Made by a program: the position numbers and the translations under genes. Below, in pieces: positions 53,301 to 61,078 of a DNA stretch of 64,000 bases; the stretch's first letter is position 1, and each line of letters opens with the position of its first letter. A model generated the notes under the pieces. It saw only the letters and a program-made list of their open reading frames with translations, ran no database searches and was not told the DNA's origin. Source of the stretch: Octopus vulgaris (taxonomy: Eukaryota); NCBI GenBank assembly GCA_951406725.2, contig OX597830.1, forward strand, positions 56,234,001 to 56,298,000, given 5' to 3'.

Positions 53301-56300
53301 CAGAACCGTTAGTACGCCGGGCGAAATGCGTAGCTGCATTTCATCTGCCGTTACGTTCTGAGTTCAAATTCCGCCGAGGTCGACTTTGCCTTTCATCCTT
53401 TCGGGGGTCGATAAATTAAGTACCAGTTATGCACTGGGGTCGATGTAATCGACTTAATCCGTTTGTCTGTCTTTGTTTGTCCCCTCTATGTTTAGCCCCT
53501 TGTGGGTAGTAAAGGAACATATATGTGTGTATTCGTATGTGCTTGTGTGTGTGTTGTAATTGTGTGTACATCCACTTACATCTTCCCACAGTCAGCCAGT
53601 TTCCCAGTATCCTTAATGTTCTCTTGTATCCCCAGGTAAGATGTGCTGGTCTTGGTATTGCGGTCACCCTGTCCTGGAGCAGTGTTGGTCGTTCCCTTGT
53701 CACAGCCAACTGTCGACACATACCAGGTGGTATTTGGGGAGTAGTCTTCACTATTTTGCTGGACTCATCTGAAAGTAGCCTCGTTAGACAACAGGTAGAC
53801 ACATATATTATTTACAGCTCATGTATGCACGTAGACATACACACACATACTCTCTTCCTCTCTCTCTACATGCCATCCACTCTCTTTCTCTTATTACACA
53901 TACACTCTTCCCCTTAACCCATTCACTTTCTTCAGTTTTACTCTCTTTCTCTCTCCCCTTCATCTTGTTTCTCTTTTATCTTTTACTCTCTCTCTCTCAC
54001 TATTCTCATCACATAACACACACACACACACACACGCATTCTCTCTCTCTCTTGCTTTTTCTCTCCCTCTCCATCTTTTTTCTCCCATCTCTTTCCATTT
54101 TCTCTCTCATCACATAACCATACATACATATGCACACTCTTTCTCACTATTTCCATCCTCTTTATTTCTCTTATCTCTCCCTACTCTCTTTTTCACCACA
54201 CACACACACACACTGTCTTCCTCTATTTCATCCCTTTCTTCTCTCATTCCTCCTCCCACACTCTCTCTCTCACACATAAAAAGCACTATCCCTTATAAGT
54301 CCCCCTTGTCTTACATAGCCACTTATATTATCGTATACACTCCATATCACTGAGTAATACCTGGATTCATTTTGTTGTAGGCTGCCTATTTGTTGGTCAA
54401 CCTGATATCCAAGCCATTACCAAGCAGTAGCAATGGCAGCAACGGAACCTCTGAAGGACCAGTAATCAATGATTCTTACTATCAGGTGAGTAAACCACAT
54501 CAAACCACACACACACACACCTCACCATATCCATTATATTATATCATGTCACATTACATTATACTACACCACTTCACATAACACCACATTACATTGCACT
54601 ACAACTCTTTGTATATTACATAATACACACACATATATTATACCATCTCTATACATATAAACGGCAAAATGTCTGTGTCCTTTATACAAAACCACAATTT
54701 TTCAGTTAGAGGGCTCGCACTTTCTATGGCCATTCAAAACTGTCCAAGGGTGGTCGTGCACATCTTTACATTTCCCCAGTCACCCTGCAAAGCCATTAAA
54801 AAAATCAATAGAAGTGACTTTTTTGTGAATTTTCTATCCAAAACCCAATCAAAATGCCCGAAACTTGATATGCCAATTGAATGCCAGCTAGCTGTATGTG
54901 ATTAGTCGGAGATTTGGACAGTACTTGCGTATATGTGCACACGCACACAGCTGTATATGCATGCACTAGCAGCATGACCCAGCGTTGCTGGGTCATAGTG
55001 CTAGTGCCACATGTTACATTACATCACACTTCATCATGATGTGAGTGGAGGCAGTTACATCACGTCTTTATGGCCATTTCTCTCCTATATACATCAGCTG
55101 GTAACTTTAATCCAAGGGATTTATTGATCACACATACAACTTACCTTTCATGTAAATACAAAGACAATCCTTTATTGCCAATAGAAACAACAAATGTATC
55201 TTATTTTTAATATTCTTTTTCCTTCCCATACTACTTCTGCCTTTGTGTATTATTTTCCTCTTCTCTTTCTTAATACAATTATCAATTTTGATGATGCTGG
55301 GCTTCTTCACAAGCATCAACAATGGTTCTATAGCATTTTTTACAGACCCCCCTAAACGGTTTTCCTCTTATTCAACACAATCCTGACAACTAATCAAAAC
55401 CTCTCCTATCCTTCCCTTCTGGACAAGTATAACTTGTTTGTGTCCCTCTTGCGGTGGATTTGCTCTGTGCACCGTCAATGGTTTCCATGTCTTTGTATCC
55501 ATACTCGTCAGTTCTTTCTTTGGCCAGTTTATGACTCCGACTCCATACTGAAGTGATGCTATTACCCATGTATTTACTCTTAGACTTTATTCCATCCAGT
55601 CAGTTTTGAGCACAACACCAATCTTAGTCTTCAGAAATATTCTTTCTTCATCTTTGCTTTCTCTTCGTCCTCGTCCTCCCCCTCCTCGTTGTTCTCTTCG
55701 TCCTCGTTGTCCTCCTCCTTTTCCTCCTCCTCCCCGTCGTCCTCCTCCTTGTCCTCGTCATCGTCATCCTCCTTGTCGTCGTCGTCCTCCTCCTCCTTCT
55801 CGTCATTGTCATCCTCCAATTCCTCCTTGTCCTCCTCGTCATTGTCGTCCTCCAATTCCTCTGTCCTCCTCATCCTCGTCATCTTCCTCCTCCTCCTCAT
55901 CATCATCATCAATAAAGTGGTGAACTGGCAGAATTGTTAGCAACTTTGGACAAAATGCTCAACAGCATTTCTGAGTTCAGATGTCCCCAAGGTAGACTTT
56001 GCCTTTCCTCTTTTCAGATTCCATACAATAAGTACCAGTTGAGTATTGGGGTCAATGTAATCGACTTTCCCTTCTCCTCAAAATTGCTGGCCTTGTGCCA
56101 AAAATTAGAAAAAATTATTATTATTATTGTAATATTTCACTACATTTCAGGAACCTTTAGTTGGTCTGACAGCCTTGATGGTTCTACTACAACACTGCCA
56201 GTTCTACCAAACTGTCAGCCAACTCTTGGCTATGTATTACCCACAACCTACAATAAGTCCTCTCACCTTCATGGAGACTAATTACTCTCTGTTACCTGGA

Positions 56301-59300
56301 CCTTTACTAGATGTACCTGTTACAGGAGGTAAGTACCTTTCATCATCATCATCGTTTAATGTCTGCTTTCCATGCTAGCATGGGTTGGACGATTTTGACT
56401 GAGGGCTGGGGAACCAGATGGCTGCACCAGGCTCCAATCTTGATCTGGCAGAGTTTCTACAGTTGGATGCCCTTCCTAACGCCAACCACTCCGAGAGCGA
56501 AGTGGGTGCTTTTTACGTGCCACCGTCACGGGGCCAGTCAGGTGGTACTGGCAATGACCTCGCTTGAATCTTTTTACACGTGCCACCGGCACAGGTGCCA
56601 GTAAGGCGACGTTGGTAGCGATCACACTCGAATGGTGCCCTTTTATGTGCCACCAGCAAGGAAGCCAGTTGGCTGCTCTGGATATTAAATGGTTGCAAAG
56701 CCAATCTCCTACCTATGCATTAAACACCCCTGCTACATTACACAGCCTTCTTTTTCCAATGATAAACCCTTAAAAAAGTATTGATGTAATAGCTCCTAGT
56801 ACTTCCAAATTACCCTTACATATTTGTCTTTGTCTGTCTGTATCTCTGTTTAATTTTCATATATATATATATGTTTTATTTCATTTAAAAGCTCAGAATA
56901 AACTGAAGATGATGCAGATACAACAGTTAAACCCAGAACACAGTTCTGTAATTCCCAATGATGTTACTTCTGAGGTACAAATATTTTTTTATTTTCAACT
57001 CATTTTCTTCTTGTTTCAATTCCTCAATGAATTCTAGTTATGCTCTATCAGGCTTTTAAAATAATAGTCTTGATTGATCCTTAGGAAGAGGTCATACATG
57101 GAATCTGGTGTAAATATACATTTTATGTAACACCTGGGTTACTCTCTCATTCAAGTAGGCAACCTTTGTTGGATCCATGAAGACTCAACTGACATGGGAA
57201 TGACTATGGAATCTATTCCTTAAAGTTATCTTCTTTTATCTGTGTTCTAGGTGTCACACTGGTAGTCTTTAGAGCTTCAGACAAAATACCTTGTGGTATT
57301 TATTCCAGTACCTTGCATTCAATTTTCAAATGGTACCAAGGCTAAATTTGTCTTTCATCCTTCCAGGGTTGGTAAAGTACCAGTTTGTGCATTGGACCTT
57401 GTAGAAATGTCAATGCATTGGATGGAATGAATGCCTTGTGATATTTGTTTCAGATATTTTACATTCTGAATTCAAATCCTGCTGTGACCTTCTTGAATGA
57501 TAGACTTGATCCATTGACACCCCCACCTTGTCCTCGAGTGTTAGGCTTAATCTGTTATCTGGTTTTACACTACCACCTGGCCCTTGGGTGCCCTTAGCAG
57601 AGTCCACTTAGTTACAAACATTTGGACAGGATCTCTGGTTTTAAGATACCTTTCTCTCTTGCCCTCAGTCTCAGAGGCCTTGTAAAGGGTCATAGGCACT
57701 GTACTGTTTTCCTGACTAAAAGATAAACTCTGGCAGAAATATTCTTTGGCTGTTATGTAACTTCTAGGATTCAATGTGTAATGATAACTGGTGACTGTCA
57801 TTAAATACTGACTGTTTTATGTTCCAACCAGCAAGATTTCTATTCTGCAAGAGTGCTCTTTCATCCTTTAAATCCTTATCATTCAGAATATTCTGTCAAA
57901 TCATCACTATCATCATCATCGTTTAACGTCCGTTTTCCATGCTAGCATGGGTTGGACAGTTCAACTAGGGTCTGGGAAGCTGGGAGGCTGCACCAGGCTC
58001 CAGTCTGATCTGGCAGTGTTTCTACAGCTGGATTGCCTTCCTAACGCCAACCACTCCATGAGTGTAGTGGATGCTTTTTATGTGCCAGGTGAGGCTGGCA
58101 ACGGCCACGATCGGTTGGTGCTTTTTACGTGCCACCGGCATGGAAGCCAGTCATGGTGGCGCTGGCGTAATGCTTGTTTATTCACATTGCTTTGAATTTA
58201 ATCATGCTTTGTCTTGCGGCTTCAAGATTTTGATAAGGTGATAGTTTATTTTTTACAATAACATAATAGGGTAGGTGTGAGATGTTGAATCTGACCAGCT
58301 TGAACACAAAAAAGACAGAATATTTTGGCCAGATATGGCCAGTTTAAATGCTAAAGGGTTAAACCACATCAGTGACATCAACTATCCTGTTGCAAAAATA
58401 CTCAGTTCCTTCTCGAAGGAAAAGGACTGAGATTTTGGTGCTTAAATATAGGAACCAACTAATTTAATTCCAGCCTCTACCTTAATACTATGTATGTCAT
58501 TAATGTCACTGTTGTGAAGCTATTCAGTCCCTTTATTCATGGCTGGTCCCTAGATCTGTGCACATTCTAAGTAGACAGTCACCTTAAATGCTAGTGGTCA
58601 TCATCATCATTTAATGTCTGTTTTCCATACCAGCATGGGTTGGATGGTTTGACATGAGCTGCCCAGGTTCCATGTCTGTTCTGGCATGGTTTCTGTGGCT
58701 GGCTGCTCTTCCTGGTACCAACCACTTTATAGAATGTACTCGGTGCTGTTATGCAGCACTGGCATGGGTGCATTTACATGGCACTGGTGCAAGTGCTTTT
58801 TATGTGACACTAGCACCCATGAGCTTGCAAGATTAGGAATGCGCAGCTGAGGACGGATGCAGGGGACAAGTCTGTATGCAAGGACAACCATGCTTTTACT
58901 TGGCTTGGCATGTCTTCTCATGCACAGTGAACCACCACCCCCTCTGTAAGTCCCAATTAACATTCTGTGCCCTGTTAGACTTTTTTTCTTAAAACAGTAT
59001 TGAACTTGCTCTCTCATTTAGCACTTAAATGTGTAAAATAAGGTTCCACAGTTGACTGGTTGTTTTAGCAATATCCTGCTAACTTTCTTTTCTAGGAGAT
59101 TTTTTTTTATTTGTTCAACATTACAGAAATCTGAAGTCAAACATCTATCATAAGAATTCTTAAGAGTCTTGGAGGTTTAAACTATTTGTTTCTTTTTATT
59201 CTTTTATTAATTCAGACCATTCCTTCATGTGGAGGGAGTAAAGTTGACCAAACTGGATACTACCAACAAACTCCATTGTCCATTAGTAACCAATCTTCTG

Positions 59301-61046
59301 TGACAAACTCAAAACAAAGCAGTATGTAACAACTTATTCTTACTTTCTTTATTTTATATTAGAAATATTTTACATTTATATCACTCGTGTTACAAATATG
59401 TCGCATTCCTGACAATCTTGCACTAATGTAGAGTTTTGTAAAACAAAATTTATTTTACCAATGACTTCTATGTTACATAAACATGGAACTCAATGGGAAA
59501 ATGTTTCACATCTGCTACTTCTCCCAACCTCTATATCATTGGTCACCTTTCAACCCTACCTAATTTGAGTTGACCAAAGCTATGTCAGTGGATTTCGTTG
59601 ACAGAATCTGTAAAAACAAAAGACCTTGTTTGTGTGCAGGTCCACATGCCTTGTTGTCTTGATATTGTGCATTGGTTGTAAAATGATTTTCGCTGTCATT
59701 CAAGTGATGCAGTTTGTTTCTAATCTGTGAAAAAGAAAACATCTGGTCATGAGGAAATATTGTCTTTTTTTTGAAACAGGTTGAGATTGGCGACGACAGG
59801 AAGAGCAGCCAGTCATAGAAAATCTGCTTTGATGAATTCTGTTTGACCTTTGCAAGCATGGAATATTGAACATTAAAATGATGATGATGAGGATACACTA
59901 AAATACTGACCATTAAAGGCAGCAAATTTGGTGCTGTTAGTGCATCAGCTAGAATACCTTGCAGTATTTGTTCCAGCTCTCTATGCTCTGAGTTCAAATC
60001 CCACTAAGGACCAATAAAGTGCTAGTCCAGTACTGCAGTCACTTCTCCACCTCTCTCTTTCTTAAAATTATTTTTACTGCATCATGAGAAGCCATATGTG
60101 ACCATTCAGCCTAACTGATAGTCGACTCCTCCGAGATAATTAAATTAAAAAATCTCCAGAGTGCTTAGAAATGCCACTTCACAGAATAGCAAAGTAAGAG
60201 GGGTATATTCACAAAAACCATACCTCTCCTGTTATATAATTGTGATTGTCTCTTTTGCTTTTTTTTTTCCATTTGTTCTTTTATCATGAACTTGTGTCTT
60301 TCTCTGTCTCTTCAAAATAACCTTTCAGCTCCCAGAAGTCCACGTGGTGTAGATAAGTTCCCAGCATTCCCTGCAAGGACTAATGTGAATACGGCCACCA
60401 CACCAGCTCTAGTTACTGCTGTGTGTCATCTCCTCCATAACTTGGTCATTTTATCACCCGAAGACACGGTCAGTTCTTTAACCAACCATTTGATACCGGC
60501 ATCTCTTATGGCGTAAGTTGACCAATTTCACTTCACCTTCATTTTTTCCTCCTTTCTTCTTAGTGCTGTTGTTTAGCCCTAGGTCAGCTCTGACTGAGCT
60601 GGTTTGTTATTAAAGGCATACCAATTATAACTGTTTCCCAATCTGTTTCTTGGGATAGCTACAATCACATGATTCAAGTGTTCCATTTTTAAGACGTTGA
60701 GGGTATTTCACTGCTATTTCTAGCAGGTTAAGCTACTATATAGTCTCCTTAATGCCTTTACATAAAGAAGGTGTTGCAGTGAAATTGAACCTCATTCCCT
60801 GTTGATTTCCAGTTCTCTTCAGAGAGACTACACTGAAGTGGTGTTCCCCACTTGCATTCCCTACTAACATGCAAGTATTTGAAAATCACTCCTGTAGGCT
60901 AATGAACCTAATGAACAATAAAATACCAGTTACATATTGGGGTTGGTTAAATACACCCTAGTACTTCACTCGTACATTATTTCATCAGCTCCAGAAGGAT
61001 GAAAGAGAAAGTTGACAACAACAACATCATCATCATTATCATAATG

Positions 61047-61078
<32 letters not shown>

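Noticed and set aside
53607-53617. U12-type intron
   Set aside because: GTATCCTT lies near the acceptor, not at a donor; none of the donors has the U12 consensus.
55606-55940. Acidic D/E-rich and proline-rich ORFs
   Set aside because: Translations of a (TCC/TCG)n simple repeat.
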